Shown in pieces: positions 1 to 9,159 of a stretch of DNA of 64,000 nt. The stretch is from Rhodospirillaceae bacterium (GTDB taxonomy: Bacteria; Pseudomonadota; Alphaproteobacteria; UBA6615). The number at the start of each line of letters is the position of its first letter. The first letter of the stretch is position 1. Under the pieces are notes generated by a model that searched no databases, was not told the DNA's origin, and worked only from the letters and a program-made list of their open reading frames with translations. The DNA lies in NCBI GenBank assembly GCA_038132575.1, contig JAYPRP010000002.1, positions 6,802 to 70,801 of the forward strand, given 5' to 3'. The position numbers and the translations under genes are program-made.

Positions 1-253
1 TCGAGAAGGCGGCGCGCAGGAGTTGGCCGAGCGGATGCGCCGAGCGAAGCGCGGTGCGCCGGTTGGCGACGATCCAGGGCAGGATCAGCAGGAAGAAGAT
101 CAGGGACCGCCAGAACGACACGATCAGCGGGTCCGCACCCTCGCCCACGGCGAACCGGACCCAGACCCCGTGGGTGCCGAAGAAGAGCGACGCGCCGAGC
201 ATCCAGATCGCGCCACGGATCGTGCCGGGAAGCCTGGCGAAGGTCTCAGACAA
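1..253 (-). CDS. Partial (runs off the left edge) N-terminus of an EamA/DMT-like membrane protein. A TTG start near 253 is possible.
   Basis: Minus-strand translation reads ...SETFARLPGTIRGAIWMLGASLFFGTHGVWVRFAVGEGADPLIVSFWRSLIFFLLILPWIV..., which is hydrophobic and helix-like. It is not in the ORF track because it has no ATG and runs off the edge. The start is uncertain. Confidence 0.3.
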   Translation of the reverse strand, partial: MSETFARLPGTIRGAIWMLGASLFFGTHGVWVRFAVGEGADPLIVSFWRSLIFFLLILPWIVANRRTALRSAHPLGQLLRAAFS

Positions 254-1214
254 CGCGGTTCGGGACCGGTTCGCCGGCGAGCAACAGGTCGAGCCCGTCG
301 AGCAGCATGTCGCCCATCGCCGCGCGCGAGCGCTCGGCCCCGCTGCCGATATGCGGCGTCATGAAGACGTTGGGCAATTCGAGATAGGCGGGGTGGATGT
401 CATTCGGCTCGCCGTTGAACACGTCGAGTCCGGCCGCCGCGACCTTGCCGGACCGCAGCGCCGCGACCAGCGCCTCGTCATCGACCAGCTCGCCGCGCGC
501 GATATTCACGATCACGGCCTCGTCGGGCAGCATGGCAATTCGCTCGGCGTTGAGGAAGCCGCGGGTCTCGGGCGTGGCGGGCGCGCAGATCATCAGGAAC
601 GGGCTCGCGGGCAGGAGCGCCTCGACGCTGGTGTAGTAGCTCGCGCTCCTCTCCTCGTCGAAGGAGAGCCGCGACCGGTTGTGGTAGCGGATGGTCATGT
701 CGAAGGCGCGGGCCCGGTCGGCGACGGTGCGGCCGATCCGGCCCATGCCGAAGATGCCGAGCGCGGAGCCCGTGATCTCCTTGCCGATCATCTGGCGCGG
801 CGACCAGCTGGTCCACTCGCCGGCCCGCATCATGGCCGCCCCCTCGGCCGCGCGCCGTGCGGCACCAAGCAGGAGCAACATGCCGATCTCCGCCGTCGGC
901 GCGGTCACGGCGTCGGGCGTGTTCAGGACCGCGATGCCGCGCGCCTTCGCCGCGTCGGTGTCGATATGATCGAGGCCGACGGAGAGTGTCAGGATCGCCC
1001 GAACACTGTCCGGCAGCCGGTCGATGAGGGCCGCGTCCATCGGCTCGGTCACGCAGATCAGGAGCGCGTCCATGCCGTCGGCCGCCGCGACCAGCTCGTC
1101 GGCGGACATGATGTGGTCGTCCTCGTTGATCGCCGCATCGTAGTCGGCGGCGAGCCGCGCCTCGGTCGCCGCGAGATGGCGCCGGGTCACGTAGACCCTC
1201 GGCCTGTCGGTCAT
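246..1214 (-). CDS. D-isomer-specific 2-hydroxyacid dehydrogenase (glyoxylate/hydroxypyruvate reductase-like), 322 aa.
   Basis: Internal Met of track ORF 246..1682. The protein begins MTDRPRVYVTRRH and carries the NAD-binding GxGxxG motif GIFGMGRIGRTVA, RGELVDDEALVAALRSG and PHIGSGAERS motifs. The upstream extension would overlap the SDR gene on the other strand. Confidence 0.8.
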   Translation of the reverse strand: MTDRPRVYVTRRHLAATEARLAADYDAAINEDDHIMSADELVAAADGMDALLICVTEPMDAALIDRLPDSVRAILTLSVGLDHIDTDAAKARGIAVLNTPDAVTAPTAEIGMLLLLGAARRAAEGAAMMRAGEWTSWSPRQMIGKEITGSALGIFGMGRIGRTVADRARAFDMTIRYHNRSRLSFDEERSASYYTSVEALLPASPFLMICAPATPETRGFLNAERIAMLPDEAVIVNIARGELVDDEALVAALRSGKVAAAGLDVFNGEPNDIHPAYLELPNVFMTPHIGSGAERSRAAMGDMLLDGLDLLLAGEPVPNRVV

Positions 1215-1322
1215 CCGCTTCGGCCCTGCTGTTTCCCCCGCCAATGCTGTTAGCACTTTTCGGTGATACCCGCACCCGCCCGGGGCCGATACAGTAAGGG
1301 CATGACACAAGGGAGAACGGGC

Positions 1323-2081
1323 ATGCGCCTCGAGAATAAGACCGCCATCGTGACCGGCGCCGGGTCGGGCTTCGGCGAAGGCATCGCCGGAACTCTGGCC
1401 CGCGAGGGCGCGGCCGTGATCGTCTGCGACGTGAACGCCGACGGCGGCAACCGGGTCGCCGGAGAGATCACCGCCGCCGGAGGGCGAGCGCTCTTCGACG
1501 CCGCCGACGTGACCCGGGCCGACGCGGTGCAGGCCATGGTGGACCGGGCGGTCGCGGAGTTCGGCGGCCTCGACATCCTGGTCAACAACGCCGGCGTGTC
1601 GCATCACCGGAAGCCCATGCTCGACGTGACGGAGGCCGAGCTCGACCGGATTCTCGCGGTGAACGTGAAGGGGTTGTTCCACACCGCCAACGCGGCGATC
1701 CCTGCGATGCGTGCGAGCGAAAAAGGCGGCGCGATCATCAACATCGCCTCGACGGGCGCGGTCCGTCCCCGCCCCGGCCTCACCTGGTACAACGCCACCA
1801 AGGGGGCGGTGACGACCCTCACCAGGTCGATGGCGATCGAGTTGGCCGACGACAAGATCCGGGTCAACGCGGTGAACCCGGTCGCCGGCGACACACCCCT
1901 GCTCGCGACCTTCATGGGCGAGGACACGCCGGAGAACCGCGAGGCGTTCCGCCAGTCGGTGCCGTTGGGCCGGCTTTCGACGCCCGAGGACGTGGCAAAC
2001 GCGGTGCTCTATCTCGCCTCGGACGAGGCGGCGCTGTTGACCGGCGTGTGCCTGGAGGTGGACGGCGGCCGCTGCATCTAG
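1323..2081 (+). CDS. SDR family oxidoreductase (3-oxoacyl-ACP reductase-like), 252 aa.
   Basis: TGAGSGFGEGIA glycine-rich motif and NNAG motif; an active-site Y-x3-K is inferred from family membership, not read directly. Start was chosen at ATG 1323, preceded by a GGGAGAA RBS. Confidence 0.8.
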   Translation: MRLENKTAIVTGAGSGFGEGIAGTLAREGAAVIVCDVNADGGNRVAGEITAAGGRALFDAADVTRADAVQAMVDRAVAEFGGLDILVNNAGVSHHRKPMLDVTEAELDRILAVNVKGLFHTANAAIPAMRASEKGGAIINIASTGAVRPRPGLTWYNATKGAVTTLTRSMAIELADDKIRVNAVNPVAGDTPLLATFMGEDTPENREAFRQSVPLGRLSTPEDVANAVLYLASDEAALLTGVCLEVDGGRCI

Positions 2082-2090
2082 CCGCGCGGG

Positions 2091-2606
2091 CTAGCGCGGC
2101 ATCTGGTCGAGCATCTGGCGAAGCGTGTCGCGCACCCGCCGGTGCATCGCCTCGAACGGCTTGCGGTCGAAGCGTATCCGTGCGCCGCAGCGCGGGCGTT
2201 CGGCCGCGAGGTCCGCGACGATGCTCTCGGGCATGGTGAACATCACGAAGCGGTCGCGCGGCAGGATCTGGGTCTGCGCGCCCGGGTCGTCACCGCCGAA
2301 GCCGAAACGGATGGCGCTCGAGCGAAAATGCTCGAAGCCCGGATGGGGGCTTTCCTCGATATCGGTGTAGGTGGCGCGGATGTCCCCCACCACGCGATCG
2401 GGAATCCGCACGATGAAGGCCTGGGCCGGTCCCGGATCGACCTCGCTCCGCCGCAGCATCACCTCGCGATGCTCGGGCGCGCGGCCGATCACCTCGAAGC
2501 ATTCGACGGCGGAGAGATCGATCGTGTAGACGTTGCGCCGCTCCTTGGCCTGCGCGGGCGCGGCAAGCAGGCCCAGCACCAACGGCATCAGGATCCAGCG
2601 CCCCAT
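2091..2606 (-). CDS. Secreted hypothetical protein, 171 aa.
   Basis: N-terminal signal peptide MGRWILMPLVLGLLAAPAQA. No family recognised. Confidence 0.5.
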   Translation of the reverse strand: MGRWILMPLVLGLLAAPAQAKERRNVYTIDLSAVECFEVIGRAPEHREVMLRRSEVDPGPAQAFIVRIPDRVVGDIRATYTDIEESPHPGFEHFRSSAIRFGFGGDDPGAQTQILPRDRFVMFTMPESIVADLAAERPRCGARIRFDRKPFEAMHRRVRDTLRQMLDQMPR

Positions 2607-2610
2607 CGGT

Positions 2611-3447
2611 CTAGCCCGCGTGGACCGCGGCGGCGAGTTCCTGGTGGGTGGTCATCCAGACCCAGTCCACGTTCATCACCGCCTCGATGGCGGCGCGGAA
2701 CTCGATCGCGCCATAGGGCCGCCCAAACACATGGGCATGGGCCGTGATGTCGATCACCGCCGGCGGCCGGCCGATGGTGTCGTACTTCTCGACGATGCGC
2801 TTGAGCACGTCGGAGTAGGCCTGGGGCGGGTTGCCATAGCGCATGTAGAGCGGGAGATCATTGATCTCCATCGTGAAGGGGATCGCGGCGAGCGGCCCGG
2901 CCGGGGTGTCGAGTTTGTAGGGCAGGTCGGCGTTGAAATAATCGATGTGCCACTCGAAGCCGTTTTCGACCAGGAGCTCGGCAGTGTTCGCGCTCGGCGT
3001 GCCGCGCGGGCTGGCGAAACCCTTGGGCGCCTTGCCGACCACGTCGGCGAAGAGCGCCGCGCCCTTCTTGAGGTCGGCCTCCTCCACCGCGCGTTCCTGG
3101 TAGATCGGCAGGTCGTTCTGCATCCACGCATGGGCGCCGATGAAGTGGCCGTCGGCATCGATCCGGCGGAGCAGCTCGGGCCATTTCTCGGCGATGATGC
3201 CGCTGGCATAGGTGCCGCAGGGCACGCCCAGCTCGCCGACGATGTCGAGCAGGCGCGGGGCGCCGTGGGTCATGCCGTACTCCGCCCAGGAGCGGGACTG
3301 GGTGTCGAGGTTGCCGGACTTGAGCGGGTTGCCCATGGGGCCGATGCCCGGCGCGGCGTCGTCAGTCCACGCCTCGCACATGATGTTGACGGAGACGGCG
3401 AGCGCCTTGCCCTCGGGCCATCCCTTCGGTGCGTCCTGAACGTTCAT
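2611..3447 (-). CDS. Polysaccharide deacetylase family protein (PuuE/allantoinase-like NodB fold).
   Basis: 278 aa. Segments such as DTQSRSWAEYG, GAHAWMQND and FEWHIDYFNADLPY are typical of the NodB-homology deacetylase family. Confidence 0.7.
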   Translation of the reverse strand: MNVQDAPKGWPEGKALAVSVNIMCEAWTDDAAPGIGPMGNPLKSGNLDTQSRSWAEYGMTHGAPRLLDIVGELGVPCGTYASGIIAEKWPELLRRIDADGHFIGAHAWMQNDLPIYQERAVEEADLKKGAALFADVVGKAPKGFASPRGTPSANTAELLVENGFEWHIDYFNADLPYKLDTPAGPLAAIPFTMEINDLPLYMRYGNPPQAYSDVLKRIVEKYDTIGRPPAVIDITAHAHVFGRPYGAIEFRAAIEAVMNVDWVWMTTHQELAAAVHAG

Positions 3448-3589
3448 GCGTCACTCCCTGACGGTCCTGTTGCCCACAGCCGCCCCATATTGCGGGGGGC
3501 GCTGCGTCCTGTGATGATACCGCAACGGAACGATGCGCGCCGCCGCGAAACCCGGCGCGATTCATAATTGGCCGACTGGGGCGAACGCA

Positions 3590-4612
3590 ATGCTCAAGAC
3601 CACGATCACCGGCAGCCTGCCGAAGCCGTCCTGGCTGGCCCAGCCCGAGACCCTGTGGGCGCCCTGGGCCGCCGAGGACCCGGCGAAGCTGGAGGAGGCC
3701 AAGCAGGACGCGGTGCGGCTCGCGATCCGCGACCAGGAGCAGGCGGGCATCGACATCGTCACCGACGGCGAACAGTCGCGCCAGCACTTCGTCCACGGCA
3801 TCCTCGAGAAGATCGAGGGAATCGACTTCGAGAAGAAGACCCGGATCGGCATCCGCGACGACCGCTACGATGCCGACTGCCCGACCGTGACGTCCGCGCT
3901 CAAGCGCATGGGTTCGATCCACGGCGACGAGGTCACCTTCGCGCGCGCCCAGACCGACCGGGCGCTCAAGTTCACCATGCCCGGGCCGATGACGATCGTC
4001 GACACGCTGGCCGACGAGCATTACGGCGACCGGCCGAAGATGGCGATGGCCTTCGCCGAGATCCTCAACGAGGAGGCGAAGGAACTGGTCGCGGCGGGCG
4101 TCGACGCGCTGCAGTTCGACGAGCCGGCCTTCAACGTCTATCTCGACGCCGTGCCGACCTGGGGCGTGGAGGCGCTGAACCGCGCCGTCGAGGGGCTCGA
4201 CTGCACGACGGCCGTCCACATCTGCTACGGCTACGGGATCGAGGCGAACCTGCAGTGGAAGGCGACGCTGGGCGACGTGTGGGAGCAGTATGCGGCGATC
4301 CTGCCGGCGCTGGCGGAGAGCGACATCGACCAGGTCTCGCTCGAGTTCGCGGGATCGCGGGTGCCCATGGAGGTGATCAAGCTGCTCGACGGCAAGAAGG
4401 ACGTGCTGGTCGGCGCGATCGACGTGACGACCCTGACGGCGGAGAGTCCGGAAGAGGTGGCCGCCGTGATCCGCGAGGCCCTGGAGTACACCACGCCCGA
4501 GCGCATCTTCCCCTGCACCAACTGCGGGATGGTGCCCCTGCCCCGCGCGGTCTCCCAGGGCAAGCTCCGGGCGCTCGGCGCCGGCGCGGCGCTGGTCCGC
4601 GCGGAGCTCTAG
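3590..4612 (+). CDS. Cobalamin-independent methionine synthase (MetE C-terminal domain)-like protein, 340 aa.
   Basis: Starts MLKTTITGSLPKPSWL with an RBS before ATG 3590. Contains the MetE-like Zn-binding region HICYGYG and C-terminal FPCTNCGM. Confidence 0.7.
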   Translation: MLKTTITGSLPKPSWLAQPETLWAPWAAEDPAKLEEAKQDAVRLAIRDQEQAGIDIVTDGEQSRQHFVHGILEKIEGIDFEKKTRIGIRDDRYDADCPTVTSALKRMGSIHGDEVTFARAQTDRALKFTMPGPMTIVDTLADEHYGDRPKMAMAFAEILNEEAKELVAAGVDALQFDEPAFNVYLDAVPTWGVEALNRAVEGLDCTTAVHICYGYGIEANLQWKATLGDVWEQYAAILPALAESDIDQVSLEFAGSRVPMEVIKLLDGKKDVLVGAIDVTTLTAESPEEVAAVIREALEYTTPERIFPCTNCGMVPLPRAVSQGKLRALGAGAALVRAEL

Positions 4613-4620
4613 GCGCAAAC

Positions 4621-5511
4621 ATGGCCACTCTCGACATCAACGGCGTCCGGCTCTGGGTCGAGACGGAAGGCCCCGACGACGCGCCGGCGCTGGTGTTCGT
4701 GCACGAGTTCGGCGGCGACCACCGGTCGTGGCGGGGCCAGGTGGATCATTTCCGGGACCGGTTCCGCTGCGTCACCTACAGCGCGCGCGGCTATCCGCCC
4801 TCGGACGTGCCCGACGAGGAGGACGCCTACGGCCAGGACATCGCGACGGCCGACCTGCTGGGCGTGCTCGACGCGCTGGAAATCGACCAAGCGCACCTGG
4901 TCGGGCTCAGCATGGGCGCCTACACCTGCCTGCGCTTCGTGCTGGCCCACCCGGACCGGGTGAACAGCGCCGTGACCGCGAGCGGCGGCTCGGGCTCGTT
5001 CCCGGAGACCCGGGACGGCTTCCTGGCCGAGACGCGCGCGCTCGCCGACCACATCCTCGCGGAAAATTCCCTCGACCTGCCCGGCTTCGCGTCGAGCGCG
5101 ACCCGCATCCAGCTCAAACTGAAGAACCCCGAGGCGTGGCGGGAATTCGCCGATCATTTCGCGGAACATTCGCCCATGGGTTCGGCCTTCACGCTGCGCC
5201 GGGTACAGGCGGGCAGGCCCTCGCTCTACGATTTCGAGGCCGCGCTCGGCGCGGTCACCACGCCCGTCCTGCTGATGATCGGCGACGAGGACGAGCCCTG
5301 CATCGACACCAACATCTTCCTCAAGCGTACGATGCCGTCGGCAGGGCTGGTGACGTTCCCCAAGAGCGGGCACCTGATCAATCTCGAGGACCCGGCGGCT
5401 TTCAACGCCGCGATCGATGCCTTCCACCGCGATGTCGCGGACGACCGCTGGCCGCTGCGCGACGGCGCGACGACCGGTACCAGCGCCTACCTGTCACAAG
5501 AGGACACATGA
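4621..5511 (+). CDS. Alpha/beta hydrolase fold protein, 296 aa.
   Basis: Internal start MATLDINGVRLW of track ORF 3568..5511. GLSMGA nucleophile elbow (GxSxG) and an HEFGGDHRSW oxyanion region. Confidence 0.75.
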   Translation: MATLDINGVRLWVETEGPDDAPALVFVHEFGGDHRSWRGQVDHFRDRFRCVTYSARGYPPSDVPDEEDAYGQDIATADLLGVLDALEIDQAHLVGLSMGAYTCLRFVLAHPDRVNSAVTASGGSGSFPETRDGFLAETRALADHILAENSLDLPGFASSATRIQLKLKNPEAWREFADHFAEHSPMGSAFTLRRVQAGRPSLYDFEAALGAVTTPVLLMIGDEDEPCIDTNIFLKRTMPSAGLVTFPKSGHLINLEDPAAFNAAIDAFHRDVADDRWPLRDGATTGTSAYLSQEDT

Positions 5512-6560
5512 GCAACGACGACCGCATTGTCTCCGCCGAGGCGCTCAAGGACTTCACCAAGGCGCTGCTGCGCACCGCCGACGTATCCGAAGAGCATGCC
5601 GAGACCTGGTCCGACATCCTGGTCTGGGCCAACCTGCGGGGTATGGATTCCCATGGCGTGCTGCGGGTGCCGCGCTACATCGCCTACATGAAGAACGGCA
5701 ACATCCACGCCAAGCCCGACATGAAGCTCGAGAAACGCGCGGGCGCCATCGCGATCCTCGATTCCGACTGGGCACCGGGCCCCGTCGCCATGACCCGGGC
5801 GATGGACGAGGCGATCGACCGGGCCCGGGAGTGCCATGTGGGCTGGTGCATCGTCCGCAACATCACCCATGGCGGCGCCATCGGCTACTACGCGCTGCAG
5901 GCCGCGCGGGCGGGCTTCGCGGGTATCGTGATCACCGCCTCACGGCCGATGATGGCCTATCACGGCTCGAAGGTGGCCGGCGCCTCGACCAACCCGCTGG
6001 CGATCGCCGTTCCCGGCGGCGAGCACCCGCCGCTGGTCCTCGACATGTCCACCGCGACCGTCTCCATGGGCAAGATTCTCGCGGCCCAGGACAGCGGCAC
6101 CCCCATCCCCGACGGCTGGGGAATCGACGCCGAGGGCTTCAACACGAACGACGCGAACGCCGTCGCGACCCTCATGCCGCTGGGCGGCGCCAAGGGCTCG
6201 GGACTGTCGATGATGATCGAGTGCATGGTGAGCCTGTTCGCGAGCAACCCGCTGGTCGAACCGAACATCCGACCCGACGCGAACCCGACCGGCTACCGCC
6301 AGAACGGGCTCGCCGCCGCGATCGACATCTCGGCCTTCACCGACCTCGACACCTACCGGTCGGAGATTGACCAGCTCGCCAAGGGGCTGAAGGCGCTGCC
6401 GAAGGCCGACGGCGTTGACGAAATCTACGCGCCCGGCGAGCGCGGCAACGCGGTACTGGCCGAACGCATGAAAGCCGGCATCCCGCTGCCGCCGGGCACC
6501 TGGGACCGGCTCAAGGCAGAGGCGGACACGCTCGGCATCGCAATGCCGGAGACACGGTAG
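5508..6560 (+). CDS. Ldh2-family (malate/L-lactate/ureidoglycolate dehydrogenase-like) NAD(P)H-dependent oxidoreductase, 350 aa.
   Basis: Internal start MSNDDRIVSAE of track ORF 4728..6560. Its ATG overlaps the preceding stop (ATGA). Typical Ldh_2 segments DSHGVLRVPRY and HGGAIGYY. Confidence 0.75.
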   Translation: MSNDDRIVSAEALKDFTKALLRTADVSEEHAETWSDILVWANLRGMDSHGVLRVPRYIAYMKNGNIHAKPDMKLEKRAGAIAILDSDWAPGPVAMTRAMDEAIDRARECHVGWCIVRNITHGGAIGYYALQAARAGFAGIVITASRPMMAYHGSKVAGASTNPLAIAVPGGEHPPLVLDMSTATVSMGKILAAQDSGTPIPDGWGIDAEGFNTNDANAVATLMPLGGAKGSGLSMMIECMVSLFASNPLVEPNIRPDANPTGYRQNGLAAAIDISAFTDLDTYRSEIDQLAKGLKALPKADGVDEIYAPGERGNAVLAERMKAGIPLPPGTWDRLKAEADTLGIAMPETR

Positions 6561-6563
6561 ACA

Positions 6564-6586
6564 CGGGCGGGTTTGAGACCCGCCCG
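6564..6586 (+). terminator. Hairpin CGGGCGGG-tttgaga-CCCGCCCG immediately after the stop of the 5508..6560 gene.
   Basis: Perfect 8-bp GC stem with a 7-nt loop. No strong U-tract follows. Confidence 0.45.
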
Positions 6587-6607
6587 CTACCTTGACCCGA
6601 ACGAAAT

Positions 6608-6623
6608 GCCCGCTTGCGCGGGC
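6608..6623 (-). terminator. Hairpin GCCCGC-ttgc-GCGGGC downstream of the minus-strand gene ending at 6637.
   Basis: 6-bp GC stem. It lies in a convergent intergenic region. Confidence 0.4.
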
Positions 6624-6636
6624 ATGACGACGAAGG

Positions 6637-7731
6637 TTAACTCGCCGCCGGGACCTCGAGGCCGAGCAGCGCCGCGGCGTTCGCGCCCATCACCAGCGCC
6701 TTGTCATCCTCGGAAAGGTCCTTCACCGAATCCACATGCCCGACCGGGTCGGTCTCGGCCATGTCGTAGGGATAGTCCGTGCCCATGATGATGTGATCCG
6801 CGCCCCAAGTCTCGATGAGGTAACGGAGCTGGTGCTCGGTGAAGACCACCGTGTCGAAGTAGAGCTTCTTTACATACTCGGACGGCGGTTTGGAGATCAC
6901 GGCGCGGCAGTCGTCGCGCAGGTGATAGGGGTGATCGAAGCGTCCGGAATAGGCCGGCACGTAGCCGCCGCCATGGGCGATACAGATCTTCAGCCCCGGA
7001 TAGGTCTCGAGATAACCATCGAACACCAGGTGGCCGACCGCCAGCGCGGATTCGAGCGGGTGGCCAATCGTGTTGCGGAAATAATGGTCGGACATGCGCT
7101 CCTTGTAGGAGGTACCGATGGGATGCATAAAAATCACGACCCCCAGCTCCTCAACCCGAGCGAAGAACCTCTCGAGGCCCGCGCGCGTCAGGTCCTGCCC
7201 GTTTACGTTGGTCGAGATCTCGACGCCGCGCATGCCGAGGTCGTTGACGCAGCGGTCGAGCTCGGCGATCGCAATGTCGGCATCCTGGAGCGGCACTGTA
7301 CACATGCCGACGAAGCGGTCCGGGTGCTGGGCGCAGATCTCGGCGATCCGGTCGTTCACCACATGGGCCGTGTCGCGCGCGAAGCCGACCTCATAGGCAT
7401 AGTTGTAGTGGAACGGCGCCGGCGAGATCGCCTGCACGTCGATACCGGACGCGTCCATATCCGCGATTCGGACCGCCGGATCGGTCAGCTTATCGAGGAT
7501 ATCGAGATGCTGCTGGCGGTTGATCGCCGCCGTCACCTCGTTCGAGTCCACATAGAGGTTCTTCTGATCGGCCGCTTCGGCGTCCTTCAGCATCGCGTCG
7601 GCCTCGGGCACATGCACGTGGCAGTGAATGTCGACGGTGAAGTGTTTCTTGCCGTTTCTAACCGTCTGGCCGTGATCGGCTGTCGGCGCATGGGTGCGCT
7701 TATGGGCAGGATTGGAACAGGTAAAAAGCAT
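6637..7731 (-). CDS. Amidohydrolase-2 family protein (ACMSD/LigW-like metal-dependent decarboxylase/hydratase), 364 aa.
   Basis: Start chosen at MLFTCSNP (RBS GGGAAACC). It parallels the MLFRCGHN start of the tandem paralog. HxH metal-binding motif DIHCHVHV, plus HGGG and TDYPYD motifs. Confidence 0.75.
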   Translation of the reverse strand: MLFTCSNPAHKRTHAPTADHGQTVRNGKKHFTVDIHCHVHVPEADAMLKDAEAADQKNLYVDSNEVTAAINRQQHLDILDKLTDPAVRIADMDASGIDVQAISPAPFHYNYAYEVGFARDTAHVVNDRIAEICAQHPDRFVGMCTVPLQDADIAIAELDRCVNDLGMRGVEISTNVNGQDLTRAGLERFFARVEELGVVIFMHPIGTSYKERMSDHYFRNTIGHPLESALAVGHLVFDGYLETYPGLKICIAHGGGYVPAYSGRFDHPYHLRDDCRAVISKPPSEYVKKLYFDTVVFTEHQLRYLIETWGADHIIMGTDYPYDMAETDPVGHVDSVKDLSEDDKALVMGANAAALLGLEVPAAS

Positions 7732-7758
7732 CGTGGTTTCCCTTTCTTGGGTCCCGTC

Positions 7759-7821
7759 CTTCGACAAGCTCAAGACGAGGACAAACTCAAAACCTCATGC
7801 TGAGCTTGTCGAAGCATGAGG
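7759..7821. repeat. Two adjacent hairpins carrying the 14-mer CTTCGACAAGCTCA/TGAGCTTGTCGAAG. The second is the exact 29-mer CCTCATGCTGAGCTTGTCGAAGCATGAGG (7793..7821). The same 29-mer recurs inverted at 32691..32719.
   Basis: Read directly from the sequence. The element sits between tandem amidohydrolase paralogs. Confidence 0.7.
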
Positions 7822-7829
7822 CAGTTGGA

Positions 7830-8933
7830 TTAGAGCTTCAGCAGCTTCGCCGCGTTCTCACCGAGAATGGCGCGTTTCTGTTCGTCGGACAGGTTCGACC
7901 CCATAACGTGGCCCACCGGATCGGTCTCGGCCATGTCGTAGGGATAGTCGGTGCCCATGATCACATGCTCGGCGCCGTAGTGGTTGGCCAGGAACTCGAG
8001 CTGGTCGTGGGTGAAGACCACGCTGTCAAAGTAGAAGCGCTCCAGATACGAACCCGGCCGCTTGCCTGCAGGCAGCTCGCGCTGCATGTCGGCGCGCAGC
8101 GGATGCGCGTGGTCGATGCGGCCCGGATAGGACCCGAGGAAGCCGCCGCCATGGGCGAGTACCACCTTGAGCCCCGGGTGCCGGTCCATCACACCGTCGA
8201 AGATCAGGTAGTGGACCGCAACCGTGGTCGCCAGCGGATTGCCGATGATGTTGGAGAAGTAGTGGTCCGCCAGCCGGTCGCCTTTGGCGAAGCCCGACGG
8301 GTGGATAAAGACGATGACGTCGAGCTCCTCGCACTTAGCCCAGAACGGATCGAGGCCCGCCCTGGAGAGCTCCTGGCCGGCGACGTCGGCATTGATCTCC
8401 ACGCCGCGCATTCCCATGTCTTTCACGGCGCGCTCAAGCTCGGCAACAGCCATCTGCGAATCCTGCAGGGGCACGGTGCACAGGCCGACGAAACGGTCGG
8501 GATGCTCGCCGACTACCTCGGCCAGCTTATTGTTGACCGTCTGCGCCACCTCGCGGCCCAGGTCCGGCTCCGCCCAGTAGCAGTAATGGTTCGGCGCGGT
8601 GGAGATAGCCTGCACGTCGACCCCGGTCGCGTCCATCTCGGCCAGACGCAGGGACGAGTCCGTGATCTTGGGCATGATGTCCTGGCCGTGGGCCATCTGG
8701 AACTTGCGGGTCTCGTCGTTGGCGAACCAGAGCAGCGGCTCGTTCTGGAGATCGAAGACCTCCTTCACCAGTGCGTCCGCCTCGGGGACATGCAGGTGGC
8801 AGTGTATGTCAACCGTGCGCACGCTGAGTTTCTCGACCTTGACGGTATGCCCGCCCGCGTCGCTGGCGGGGGCGTGGGCGGCATGCCCGTGGGGTTGTCC
8901 CTGAAGATGATTGTGGCCACATCTAAAAAGCAT
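7830..8933 (-). CDS. Amidohydrolase-2 family protein, tandem paralog of 6637..7731, 367 aa.
   Basis: DIHCHLHV, HGGG and TDYPYDMAETDPVGHV motifs. About 55% identical to its neighbour by eye. Confidence 0.75.
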   Translation of the reverse strand: MLFRCGHNHLQGQPHGHAAHAPASDAGGHTVKVEKLSVRTVDIHCHLHVPEADALVKEVFDLQNEPLLWFANDETRKFQMAHGQDIMPKITDSSLRLAEMDATGVDVQAISTAPNHYCYWAEPDLGREVAQTVNNKLAEVVGEHPDRFVGLCTVPLQDSQMAVAELERAVKDMGMRGVEINADVAGQELSRAGLDPFWAKCEELDVIVFIHPSGFAKGDRLADHYFSNIIGNPLATTVAVHYLIFDGVMDRHPGLKVVLAHGGGFLGSYPGRIDHAHPLRADMQRELPAGKRPGSYLERFYFDSVVFTHDQLEFLANHYGAEHVIMGTDYPYDMAETDPVGHVMGSNLSDEQKRAILGENAAKLLKL

Positions 8934-9159
8934 GCGTTTTCCTTCCCGGCTTGACGGGTTTGTTTATGGGTCTCGGCACTTATCAGGAGAAATTCCGGTT
9001 CGCCGGCGGACGCGATTATACAGAAGGAAAACCGTGCGCAAAGTGGCTGAAAACAGCCGCCGCTATTCCATCCCTGCGGGCTTGAATGCTATCGTTTGCC
9101 CAATCGGAAAAACAAAATATCGGCGAATTCGCGCGGGTTTCCCGAAGGAGTATCACACC

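Noticed and set aside
3568-5511. Over-extended N-termini in the ORF track (3568..5511, 4728..6560, 8911..11499, 39008..40585, 40165..41469, 21847..23112, 13356..14807, 246..1682).
   Set aside because: The homologous protein core begins at an internal Met with an RBS. The extensions overlap upstream genes and are low-complexity, so the starts were trimmed.
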